IMG/VR virus record: IMGVR_UViG_3300014501_000023
Span: 1-54,378 of that record
Length of the DNA: 54,378 bases
Source: a virus
Lineage: Duplodnaviria > Caudoviricetes
Reading direction: 5' to 3' (one strand)
Positions 8,783-16,722 of this stretch are shown here, piece after piece; position 1 is the stretch's first letter, and each line of letters opens with the position of its first letter. Made by a program: the position numbers and the translations under genes. Under the pieces are notes generated by a model, which ran no database searches, was not told the DNA's origin, and saw nothing but the letters and a program-made list of their open reading frames with translations.

Positions 8783-9042
8783 TCGATGAGCCTAACGTAC
8801 TCACCCATCCGATGCCGCAGCGAAGCGTCCGATTCGCCGAGCGCGCGGACGAGACGCGGTACGCCGAAGAACGCCACGGCAGCGTCCAGCGAGTTGATCT
8901 CGAACAACACCTCCGACTTGTAATCCCACCCCAGCCACCCACCGGCCGGCGGCAGGAACACCGTGCGCCGGCCCGGCACCCACAGCTCGCCCGGCGCGAG
9001 CGCGGCGGCCGCGAGTATCGAGAACAGTTCGCGGCGGTTCAT
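8779..9042 (-). CDS. small protein with twin-arginine-like N-terminus
   Basis: TAATG-coupled start; MNRRELFSILAAAALAP. Confidence 0.55.
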   Translation of the reverse strand: MNRRELFSILAAAALAPGELWVPGRRTVFLPPAGGWLGWDYKSEVLFEINSLDAAVAFFGVPRLVRALGESDASLRHRMGEYVRLIE

Positions 9043-9239
9043 TAGTCCTCTGTCGGTTTCCAAGGTGCCATCGCGGCAAACCGCTCTTGTAATTCTCGGC
9101 GAAGTTGCGCAGCGACTTCCGTTTGACCAATTGGCCACACCCCACCATAAGCGTGACGGACTACGGCGTCGATGTAATCGAGCAGGGCGCTGTTGACCGG
9201 GTGCGCAGATTGCGTCCACTCGATAAGAGGCTTATTCAC
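9042..9239 (-). CDS. hypothetical protein
   Basis: GTGA-coupled start at 9239 (MNKPLIEW...). Confidence 0.5.
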   Translation of the reverse strand: MNKPLIEWTQSAHPVNSALLDYIDAVVRHAYGGVWPIGQTEVAAQLRRELQERFAAMAPWKPTED

Positions 9240-9370
9240 AGGAACACCGCCCAGACCAGCGCCGCCACCGCGCCGACCAGCAGCACCGCGCGCAGCGTCG
9301 CCCCGGCGGCGAACACGAGCCACAGGAAGATGCCGAGGCAGGCGAGGTCGATCTCGTGGGCGTGCGTCAC
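9236..9370 (-). CDS. 44-aa membrane protein
   Basis: hand translation MTHAHEIDLACLGIFLWLVFAAGATLRAVLLVGAVAALVWAVFL; GTGA overlaps at both ends. Confidence 0.55.
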   Translation of the reverse strand: MTHAHEIDLACLGIFLWLVFAAGATLRAVLLVGAVAALVWAVFL

Positions 9371-9525
9371 GGCCCGCACCCGCTCGCCTTCGCGCCGCCG
9401 TCCTGCGGAGCGCAGGCGCTGGGGATCGTCAGGCTCAGCGTGCCGCCGCGGTGCAGGTAGACGGCGACGGCGGCGAGCAGCAGCACGAACAGCGTCGTGA
9501 TGACGATGGCGGTGCGCTCGCTCAC
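9367..9525 (-). CDS. 52-aa single-TM protein
   Basis: MSERTAIVITTLFVLLLAAVAVYL...; GTGA coupling. Confidence 0.55.
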   Translation of the reverse strand: MSERTAIVITTLFVLLLAAVAVYLHRGGTLSLTIPSACAPQDGGAKASGCGP

Positions 9526-9632
9526 GTCGGCCCCCAGCCGCAGCAGGCGAACAGCGCGAGATAAGCGCTGTAGAGGACGCCGAGGGTCAACAACGCTGCG
9601 CCAGCGAGCAGCAGGGCAGTTCGTTTTTTCAT
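9522..9632 (-). CDS. 36-aa hydrophobic peptide
   Basis: MKKRTALLLAGAALLTLGVLYSAYLALFACCGWGPT; ATGA coupling. Confidence 0.5.
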   Translation of the reverse strand: MKKRTALLLAGAALLTLGVLYSAYLALFACCGWGPT

Positions 9633-10141
9633 TTCGTTTTCCCATTCGTCGTGAACACGGGGCCGATGATCATTGGGGCGCCAGTTTTGAACGTCAGCGG
9701 CTCGCTCTGCACGCACGGCCCGGTGTCGGGCGGCTGCGGCAGCGACGCCGCGATCTCGCGCCCGAGCGCCAAGTTGCGGTCGATGCTGTCGGCCTCCGGC
9801 GGCACGATCCTCGAGCGACTCTCACGGACGTCGTCGGCGGACAGGCTGAGGAACTGGAGGTACTTGCCGCGCACCCGCGCATCATCTATGCGCAGCGCCC
9901 ACGCCTGCAGCGCCTTGATCTTCGCGTCCGCGCAATCCAGCAGCGCGGCGGAGGCGTGGATGTCCACCTCCATCATCACGCCCGCATCGCGCAAGTTGTC
10001 GCTCACGGCGAAGTTGAGCGCCTGGTCGGGCACGCCGCCAGAGGCCGTGGTGGCGGTCACGTTCGACGGCGGCATCGGGGTCGGGGCTTCGCTGCAGGCG
10101 GCGAGCGCGAGGGCGGCGAGCAACAGCGGTAGGGTCTTCAT
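9629..10141 (-). CDS. lipoprotein
   Basis: MKTLPLLLAALALAA-C lipobox; ATGA coupling. Confidence 0.7.
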   Translation of the reverse strand: MKTLPLLLAALALAACSEAPTPMPPSNVTATTASGGVPDQALNFAVSDNLRDAGVMMEVDIHASAALLDCADAKIKALQAWALRIDDARVRGKYLQFLSLSADDVRESRSRIVPPEADSIDRNLALGREIAASLPQPPDTGPCVQSEPLTFKTGAPMIIGPVFTTNGKTK

Positions 10142-10563
10142 TGCTTGATGCACCTGTAGTTGCCGGTACGGTCGTATTCGGCGGCCAGCCCCCTGGCAAT
10201 CTCGCACGCCTTCTCTGATACCGACGCTACCGATGAATCCTTGCATTGTTCACCCGCGACGCAGTGCCTCAGCACGTAAGGCACGCGCTCGAAAGGGGCG
10301 ACGGAAGTGGACGGCTCGGGCTCCACCGACTGCCACTGCGATGTGGGTCGCTGGTCACACTCGTACCATACATTAGAGCCACCGCTGGACCCTGTCCTGT
10401 GGAATCGACCGCCGATGAGGCGGCCGGGGCCGAGCCGCGTGGCCAGGACCTGGGCGCACTGCGCCGCTGATTGGAACAGCCAGGGCGCGCCTACCAGACT
10501 GCAATAGGCGCGTCCGTCTGCCATGCCGACGCACATCATGATCGCGTAGATCATGGCGTTCAC
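10138..10563 (-). CDS. Cys-rich hypothetical protein
   Basis: GTGA-coupled start (or ATG 10554); two similar C..C..F.S...C...C-type units. Confidence 0.55.
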   Translation of the reverse strand: MNAMIYAIMMCVGMADGRAYCSLVGAPWLFQSAAQCAQVLATRLGPGRLIGGRFHRTGSSGGSNVWYECDQRPTSQWQSVEPEPSTSVAPFERVPYVLRHCVAGEQCKDSSVASVSEKACEIARGLAAEYDRTGNYRCIKQ

Positions 10564-10730
10564 TTGCGCCGCTCCGGCGACGACTCGCCCAGCCACTTCC
10601 TGAGCCGCGCCTTCAGCGGCGCACCCCGCTTGTGCCCGGGGCGGCGCCTCACCTCGAACCGCCTGTGCAGCGGCGGCAGCACGAGCGCGGCGGCAAGCGC
10701 CAGGATCACGTACCAGTACCAGTTCTTCAT
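10560..10730 (-). CDS. 56-aa membrane-anchored basic protein
   Basis: hand translation MKNWYWYVILALAAALVLPPLHRRFEVRRR...; SD AAGGAG. Confidence 0.55.
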   Translation of the reverse strand: MKNWYWYVILALAAALVLPPLHRRFEVRRRPGHKRGAPLKARLRKWLGESSPERRK

Positions 10731-10731
10731 C

Positions 10732-11157
10732 TCACACACTCCTTTCTGTAACAGCCGCCATCCGTTCCCAATCTGGCGTCTGCGCCGGCCACTTGCGCGC
10801 GACGAACGCCTCGATGTACAGCGCCGCCGCCTCCGGCGTCTTCGCGTACCCGCAACCCACGCCGGAAAACAGCTCTACGGCCTCAGCCTCGCTGATGCCG
10901 AAGTGCCGCTGTACCAGGCCTTCGCTGAAAGAGACCAGGCTGTTGTCCGCGACCGAGCGAAGGAAGAGCCTTGTGCCATCCTCCGGGAGCTTACCAAGGT
11001 AGAACACGCGTTGCAGGTCGCGCCGCACGGCGTAGTTGCCGAGCGCGCAGGCTGGGGAGCCGCAGTCGCCGAAGTACCGCATCGTGAAGTCGCCGGGCGC
11101 TGCGGTCTCGCGCGTGGCGCGGGCCACGTTTAACAATCGCTGTGCGTGTATGTTCAC
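10732..11157 (-). CDS. conserved phage hypothetical protein (CGxxACAxG motif)
   Basis: DCGSPACALG...HFGISEAEAVELF; SD AGGAG. Confidence 0.65.
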   Translation of the reverse strand: MNIHAQRLLNVARATRETAAPGDFTMRYFGDCGSPACALGNYAVRRDLQRVFYLGKLPEDGTRLFLRSVADNSLVSFSEGLVQRHFGISEAEAVELFSGVGCGYAKTPEAAALYIEAFVARKWPAQTPDWERMAAVTERSV

Positions 11158-11330
11158 GACTGCTCCTGCGACTCGCCGTACGGCGGGTCACGCGGTTGGC
11201 CGCGCCAGGCCGCCAGGCTCGCCGAGTCCGCCCAGGCCTCGCCGTCGTCGTAGATCTCACCCTCGATTTCTTCGGCGTGCACCGCCGCGATCTCGTGCTC
11301 GTCCGTGACGAGCACCCTCTCATTTTCCAT
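11154..11330 (-). CDS. acidic 58-aa protein, first gene of early operon
   Basis: ATG at 11330 after SD AAGGAGG. Confidence 0.6.
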   Translation of the reverse strand: MENERVLVTDEHEIAAVHAEEIEGEIYDDGEAWADSASLAAWRGQPRDPPYGESQEQS

Positions 11331-11393
11331 GTGTGGTCCTCCTTCGGTTGTTCGATGAAGATGCACCGGAGCCGCCCGGCGCCGATCGGTCCT

Positions 11394-11426
11394 ATAATAT
11401 AGAAGAAACTTCTAAAGGTACATTTG
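11394..11426 (-). promoter_or_regulatory. putative promoter P2 (CAAA-TGTACC-N17-TATTAT)
   Basis: AT-rich intergenic island; same architecture as P1, P3 and P5. Confidence 0.65.
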
Positions 11427-11437
11427 ACGCGCCTCCC

Positions 11438-13495
11438 TCAGAACTTCTCCTTCTTCTTCGCGTCCGCGCCCATGTAGTGCGCCGCCCTCGCCGAGTGGTC
11501 CGCCGCCTCCCACCTCGCGCGGTTCCGTACCGGCCACAGATGCGTGCGCCCGCGCGCCGTGCGCGTCATGGACGGGGCGGCGAGTCCCGCGCGGCGCAAG
11601 GCCATCGCGACCGACCGCTCGGTGAGCCGCGCGCGCTTGTCGGGGTCGAGCATCGCCACGAGCTCCGCGGACGTGAAGAGATCGCGCGCGACCTCGGAAT
11701 CGCCCACGCGCAGGTACGCCTCTGGCCCCTCGAGGAGGGCGCGTACCAGGTGGTCGGACTCGGTGCCGCTCGCCGCTGCCATCTGATCGCGCGCCTCCGT
11801 GACCGGCGACCGCCCGCGCGGGTCGAAGCCGACTGTGTCCACGTCGAGCAGGTACCGCATCAGCGCCCCGGGCGCCTCAGGTCCCTTGTACCACGTATCG
11901 TACTCGCGGTTGAACCAGTCGTCCGGGGGCTTCACCTCGAGCTGGCGCGGGCCTACCTCGTGGACGAAGAACCTCCGGTCCTGGTCCTCTATCACGAGCG
12001 CGTCGTGCTGGTTGGACGTGAAGACGAAGTTGACGCAGTTGCGCACGGCGTACGGGGCCTGGTACTTCTCGTTGACCGTCGCGGTCTCGCCCGATATGAT
12101 GTGCTTGAGCCTGTTAGCCTCGACCCGCCTGTCCGAGCCGGTGATCTCCTCGCCCAGCACGAGCTGGCGGTTCGCCTGCCAGGAGTTGAAGGAGTTGTGG
12201 AGCTCCGCCTCGGTGATGACCGCGAAGGCCTCGCCGTACACGCGACCTACGGTATAAGGCACCAGGCTCTTGCCCGTGCCGGTGTCCCGGCCCCAGATGA
12301 GGCACGCCGTATAGAGTTTGGCGCCCGGGTTCTGCACCGGGTAGGCGAGCCACTGCAGGAACCAGCGCCGGTGTTCGCGCGGGCAGTCGTAAAAGAGATA
12401 ATCCAGCAGCGTGGTGAACATCGACACGTCGCCGCGCTTAGGCTGCGCCGGCCAACCGCGCCACAGGTTCACGCAGCCGTCGGGCAGGGCGAGCGGCTCG
12501 CCGGGCTCGTACGCCACGCCGGCCGCGACGCGGTGGTGGGGCCAGCGCAGCCACTCGGACACGGCGTTGAGCTCCGTCATGCGCCCGGCCGCGTCGAGCC
12601 CGGACACCCGGCGGTGCGCGTAGTGCAGGTCTATCAGCGGCCGCGAGGCCTTGAACATCGTGCGCGTGCGGAGGTGGAGCAGCGCCGAGGGGTGTTCTAT
12701 CACCACCAGCTCGTCGTTGAGCCTGATGAGCTCGGCGCCCGAGGCCAGCGTATTGACCTCGAGCTTTCTGAGCGCCGCGATCCCGCGCGCGACCAGGAAG
12801 TCGTCAAGTCCGGTCTTATCCGCCTCGTCGAGCAGCGGCATGGCGAGTGCACCCACGCTGGCGCCGCGCTGCTCGAGCGCGTGGCCCAATGCCTCGAGCG
12901 CGCCCAACACCATGGGGTTGGCGTCGGCCTCGGCGTCGAACGCGAGCACGACGCGCCGCGCGCGCCACTGGACGATGACGAGGTCCGGGATGAGCGGCTG
13001 TCTGGCTTTCGTGCTCCGCCAGCTCCACACCCCACCCAGTCCGATCGTCGGGACGCCGGCCGCGCAGGCGGCGGCCGCCTTCTTCTCGCCCTCGGTGATC
13101 CAGAGCTCGCACGACGCGTCGCCGAGCACGCGCGCCCAGTCGACGCCGGGCGCGAGGTACGCGCGCACGTCCGTGTCTGGCGGCTGCCAGTAGCGCGGCG
13201 TCTTCTTCTGCACGCCGAAGGCGCGCGGCGCGTCGAGGAATTTCAATCTGTAGAAGCCGGTGTCGCGACCGCGCGCATCGAGGTACGGAATGCGGGCTGA
13301 TCGCACGCGGTACTTGCCTCCAGTGAGGACCTCGGTCTCGTCCGAGGTCAGCGCCTCGAGCTTCATTTTTCTGTAGTCGGCTTCGGTGAGTCCGCTACGC
13401 CTGAGGTCCGCGAGCGCCATGGCCCGCGGCAATTGCACTATCTTATTGTCGCTGGACACGGTGCGCGTCCGCACGAGCCTGAGACGAGCTCCCAT
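11438..13495 (-). CDS. primase-helicase (DUF3854/TOPRIM-like plus SF3 DUF5906-like helicase)
   Basis: LWITEGEKKA..GLGGVWSW..LAFDAE TOPRIM motifs; Walker A GRDTGTGKS, LVLGEE, FVFTSN, DRRFFV. Confidence 0.88.
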   Translation of the reverse strand: MGARLRLVRTRTVSSDNKIVQLPRAMALADLRRSGLTEADYRKMKLEALTSDETEVLTGGKYRVRSARIPYLDARGRDTGFYRLKFLDAPRAFGVQKKTPRYWQPPDTDVRAYLAPGVDWARVLGDASCELWITEGEKKAAAACAAGVPTIGLGGVWSWRSTKARQPLIPDLVIVQWRARRVVLAFDAEADANPMVLGALEALGHALEQRGASVGALAMPLLDEADKTGLDDFLVARGIAALRKLEVNTLASGAELIRLNDELVVIEHPSALLHLRTRTMFKASRPLIDLHYAHRRVSGLDAAGRMTELNAVSEWLRWPHHRVAAGVAYEPGEPLALPDGCVNLWRGWPAQPKRGDVSMFTTLLDYLFYDCPREHRRWFLQWLAYPVQNPGAKLYTACLIWGRDTGTGKSLVPYTVGRVYGEAFAVITEAELHNSFNSWQANRQLVLGEEITGSDRRVEANRLKHIISGETATVNEKYQAPYAVRNCVNFVFTSNQHDALVIEDQDRRFFVHEVGPRQLEVKPPDDWFNREYDTWYKGPEAPGALMRYLLDVDTVGFDPRGRSPVTEARDQMAAASGTESDHLVRALLEGPEAYLRVGDSEVARDLFTSAELVAMLDPDKRARLTERSVAMALRRAGLAAPSMTRTARGRTHLWPVRNRARWEAADHSARAAHYMGADAKKKEKF

Positions 13496-13557
13496 TCATC
13501 CGCACTCCTTTTAAGTCGACCGTTCGCGCGTACGCCCAGCGCGTAAATTCAAAGGCC

Positions 13558-13700
13558 CGTCCCCGAACCGGCCAGGCGCGGCGGGCGGCGACGCCGGCCG
13601 TGCGAAGCGGCAGGAGGTGCCGCGGATCGCTCAGGCCGACGTCGTCCCGTTCTGCTCCGAAGAGGGTCGCGGAACCGCGCCGAGCCGGTTCGGGGGGAGC
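13558..13700 (-). ncRNA. candidate structured RNA or 5' leader upstream of primase
   Basis: nested stems CCCCGAACCGGC/GCCGGUUCGGGG, GGCGCGG/CCGCGCC, CGACGUCGGCC/GGCCGGCGUCG, GCGGCA-CCUCC-UGCCGC and a cUUCGg side hairpin; begins right after promoter P3. Confidence 0.6.
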
Positions 13701-13706
13701 GAGGCG

Positions 13707-13739
13707 ATAATACGACGCGTGACTGCCGAAAGGAATTTG
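13707..13739 (-). promoter_or_regulatory. putative promoter P3 (CAAA-TTCCTT-N17-TATTAT)
   Basis: shares CAAATTCCTTTC and spacing with P1. Confidence 0.65.
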
Positions 13740-13985
13740 TACAGCTAACTGCCTGTTCTAAAAAGGATTTCTTCGATTAGTCACGCGAGACGGGGGGGTC
13801 CGACCGCGCGAAAGCTATAGTAGGACGTCTATGCCATTGTAATGCGATGACGTCTCCCTAGTTTATATTTATATATATATCTGTGACATCTGTGACTAAT
13901 TACCTAACTCACTGATAATTTTAGTAAAATTTAGTCACACGACGTGTCACAGATCGCCAATCTATACGTGTGACTCTGTGACAGG
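13716..13985. repeat. putative replication origin/operator: eight GTGAC iterons around AT-rich core
   Basis: GTGAC/GTCAC at 13719, 13780, 13883, 13892, 13934, 13946, 13970, 13978; inverted repeat 13879-13899 vs 13931-13954; (TA)n run 13862-13880. Confidence 0.6.
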
Positions 13986-14003
13986 TGTAAGTTGGCGTAT
14001 TAT
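13975..14003 (+). promoter_or_regulatory. putative rightward promoter P4 (-10 TATTAT)
   Basis: CGTATTATCGC identical to the P3 -10 region; -35 position overlaps a GTGAC repeat. Confidence 0.45.
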
Positions 14004-14038
14004 CGCTCCCCATCGCAGGTGAGCGGAGACGCTTGACG

Positions 14039-14674
14039 ATGCACGCCCAGGTCAGAGTCGAAGACGACCCGCCGTTCCATACCACGCGTCACGCCGTGAC
14101 GTTCGCAGTCACCCGGGCCGGCGCCCCGCTCCGCCCGCTCATGAACAGGATGGCCGACGGCGCGCCAGGCGGATCTGGATTATCAAGACTTGATGCGGCC
14201 GCCCAGGCCGGGATGATACTCGGCGCGATCGGCGGCCTCGGCGATTTGGCCCGGTCGCTCCTCATCGCGGGCGCAGCGCCGAAGACCTTGCCGTGCGACT
14301 GCAGGCGGTGGTGCTGCTCGGGTCGCGGGATCAACGAGGATTGGCGCGACGCCATCGAGTCCATCACCAGCGCGGCGGAGCGGCTCGGCGTGTTCAGCCT
14401 CGCCAACTCGGGCGGCGGCGCGGTGCGGATCGGGCGGGCCGCGCGCAGCGCGATCGTCATAAAGATATACAGCCGCTCGCCCATCACGTTTACCGACATA
14501 TCGCGTAAGACGGATGTAAGCGCGGACGCGCTCGCGCGCCATCACCGCGTCGTGCTAGGCTGGCTTATGGGGAGACCTGGCTGGCGCGTAGGTGAGACAC
14601 GCGACGAGGGCGCGGACCCGCTTGCGTGGCGCGCAGCTGATGAATTGTTACGTGATCGCGGAATTGTCGGATGA
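14039..14674 (+). CDS. putative late transcription regulator (antiterminator Q-like / Zn-HTH)
   Basis: LDAAAQAGMI..PCDCRRWCCSG and C-terminal HTH-like segment; located just before late promoter and terS. Confidence 0.55.
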   Translation: MHAQVRVEDDPPFHTTRHAVTFAVTRAGAPLRPLMNRMADGAPGGSGLSRLDAAAQAGMILGAIGGLGDLARSLLIAGAAPKTLPCDCRRWCCSGRGINEDWRDAIESITSAAERLGVFSLANSGGGAVRIGRAARSAIVIKIYSRSPITFTDISRKTDVSADALARHHRVVLGWLMGRPGWRVGETRDEGADPLAWRAADELLRDRGIVG

Positions 14675-14680
14675 ATGCGG

Positions 14681-14713
14681 CAAGTGTACATCTGATCGGA
14701 CTCGGCATAGGAT
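14681..14713 (+). promoter_or_regulatory. putative late promoter P5 (CAAG-TGTACA-N17-TAGGAT)
   Basis: matches the P2 architecture with exact 17-nt spacing. Confidence 0.5.
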
Positions 14714-14842
14714 CGCGTTCCTATTACGGTGCCTTTCCCGTCTTCGGTTTGAACATGACGTCGGTACCGTGAACGAATCTGCGTTCGATCTCTCATCTCC
14801 CTGTCAGACGACGCGGACGCGTCCGTCAAGGACGCGCGCCTC

Positions 14843-14876
14843 GACCCATTGCTTCACCGCGTGGGTCTTTTATTTT
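14843..14876 (+). terminator. intrinsic terminator-like hairpin in late leader
   Basis: GACCCAT(T)GC/GCGTGGGTC stem followed by TTTTATTTT. Confidence 0.55.
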
Positions 14877-14908
14877 GCGCGATAAACTAACATAGTTATC
14901 AAGTAGCG

Positions 14909-15373
14909 ATGAAACCGCCACCGACTAACGGGTTCAAGCGCGGCGATCCCAATCATCCGTCTAAAACGGGACGCGCCGGGCGTCGCGCCGGATACGGTCG
15001 CAAGAAAGGCACGCCAAACAAGATAACGGTGGAGCAGCGCGAGTTCTTCGCCATACTCGCGGCGGAGAACCAAGGCGCCGCAGCCGACGCGCTCAAGCGA
15101 CTGCTCAAGGGCGGCAAGTACAGCGCCGGACGCAACATCGCCGGCCTCGGGCTGTACGCCACGTTCAACGAGTTCGTGATCCCCAAACTGCAGCGCACCG
15201 AGCACACCGGCGCCGACGGCAAATACCTCCCGCCGCCCGTGTTCGCCGTGTCGTTCGCCGCCGGGGCGCCAGGGCTCGTCGCGCCTGGCAGGGACCCCAT
15301 CGAAGCATCGGCCGAGCCGGAACCGGAACCGGCGCTGCTCGAGGCGCCGAAAAGTAAGAAGGCCGTCGCCTGA
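14909..15373 (+). CDS. terS: terminase small subunit
   Basis: GFKRG..P...GR..GRKKGTPNKIT motif; directly upstream of TerL. Confidence 0.7.
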   Translation: MKPPPTNGFKRGDPNHPSKTGRAGRRAGYGRKKGTPNKITVEQREFFAILAAENQGAAADALKRLLKGGKYSAGRNIAGLGLYATFNEFVIPKLQRTEHTGADGKYLPPPVFAVSFAAGAPGLVAPGRDPIEASAEPEPEPALLEAPKSKKAVA

Positions 15374-16722
15374 ACGCGTCGCTGAGGCCGCAGGCGCAAG
15401 GGTTCGAGGGCGAGTTCCTGGCGCCCAAGCTCCAGGCGCTGTTCTTCCGCCCCGACCCCGCGGGCGGGCCGCCGCTGTACGTGCCCTCCCGCGACAAGGA
15501 CGCGCACGGCGGCCGTGGATCGGCGAAGTCCTGGGGCATCGCCGGCATGTCGGTGGTGTTCGGCGCGATGACGCCGACGCGGTTCCTGTGCGTGCGCGAG
15601 GTGCAGACTTCGATGCGCCAGTCGATCCACAAGCTGCTGGCCAACCGTATCGAGGAACTCGGGCTGTCGCGCTACTACGACGTGCAGATCGAGCGCATCG
15701 TGGGCAAGTACAAGACGCGGGTGCACGCCAAGTACAAGAGCACCGAGTTCGATTTCACCGGCGTCAGGACCGACCCCGCTAAGATCAAGGGCGCCGAGGA
15801 GATCGACGTCTGCGTCGTCGAGGAGGCGGAGGCTATCACGCACGCGTCGTGGAGGTTCCTGCGCAACACCGTGCGCAACGCCTCGCACACTTCGGAGATC
15901 TGGTCGTCGTTCAACCCCAGGCACGCGGACGACGCCACCTCGCAGATGTTCATCGAGCGCCCGGAACCCGGCATGCGGGTGGTCGAGCTGAACTGGCCTG
16001 ACAACCCGTGGTTCGGCGTGGACTTGCGTTACGAGCTGGAGATCTACCAGCGCGCTATCACCAATGCGCGTGACGTCTCCGAGCGTCTACAAGCGCAGGC
16101 CGACTACGACCACGTGTGGATGGGCGCGTACCAGCGGCTCACGAACGCCAACGTGGTCCGGCACTGGGTGGATAACGAGGTGTTCGACGACCCGCCCGAG
16201 AAGACGCACCTGCGCTTCGGCCTGGACTGGGGCTACGCGGACGACCCGCTGGCGGGCGTGCGCTTCTGGATCACCGACCATAAGGACCCGGTGAGCGGGC
16301 AGAAGTACCGTGAGATGTGGATCTCGCACGAGGCCTTCGGCACGCACATTGAATTAGATGTGGTGAGGCGCTTCCTCGAGGAGCGTCTGCCTGGCGTCGC
16401 GCGCTGGCCGGTCAAAGCGGACTGCGCGCAGCCCGCCATGATCTCGCACGTCAAGAGCGCTGGGCTCAATATCACGGGCGCCGCGAAGTGGTCGGGGTCG
16501 GTCGAGGACGGGCTCGCCGTGGTGAACGAGTTTCGCACGATCCACATCCACGCCCGCTGCCCGAACGTCGCGCGCGAAGCGCGCATGTACTCCTACAAGG
16601 TGGACCCGATGAACCCAAAGAACGTGCTGCCCATCATCATCGACAAGCACAACCACGGTTGGGACGCTGTTAGATACGGGCTCGACGGCGAGATCAAGCG
16701 CGTGCGCAGTTCGTTCGGTTGA
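15370..16722 (+). CDS. terL: terminase large subunit, PBSX family (probable CTG start at 15370; ORF track starts 15481)
   Basis: GGRGSAKS, CVREVQ, VVEEAE, SFNP, LNWPDNPWF, FGLDWGY, NHGWDAVRY. Confidence 0.93.
   Translation: MNASLRPQAQGFEGEFLAPKLQALFFRPDPAGGPPLYVPSRDKDAHGGRGSAKSWGIAGMSVVFGAMTPTRFLCVREVQTSMRQSIHKLLANRIEELGLSRYYDVQIERIVGKYKTRVHAKYKSTEFDFTGVRTDPAKIKGAEEIDVCVVEEAEAITHASWRFLRNTVRNASHTSEIWSSFNPRHADDATSQMFIERPEPGMRVVELNWPDNPWFGVDLRYELEIYQRAITNARDVSERLQAQADYDHVWMGAYQRLTNANVVRHWVDNEVFDDPPEKTHLRFGLDWGYADDPLAGVRFWITDHKDPVSGQKYREMWISHEAFGTHIELDVVRRFLEERLPGVARWPVKADCAQPAMISHVKSAGLNITGAAKWSGSVEDGLAVVNEFRTIHIHARCPNVAREARMYSYKVDPMNPKNVLPIIIDKHNHGWDAVRYGLDGEIKRVRSSFG

Noticed and set aside
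11333-13300. 655-aa plus-strand ORF
   Set aside because: Antisense shadow of the primase-helicase; Arg/Ala-rich, no motifs, typical of high-GC DNA.
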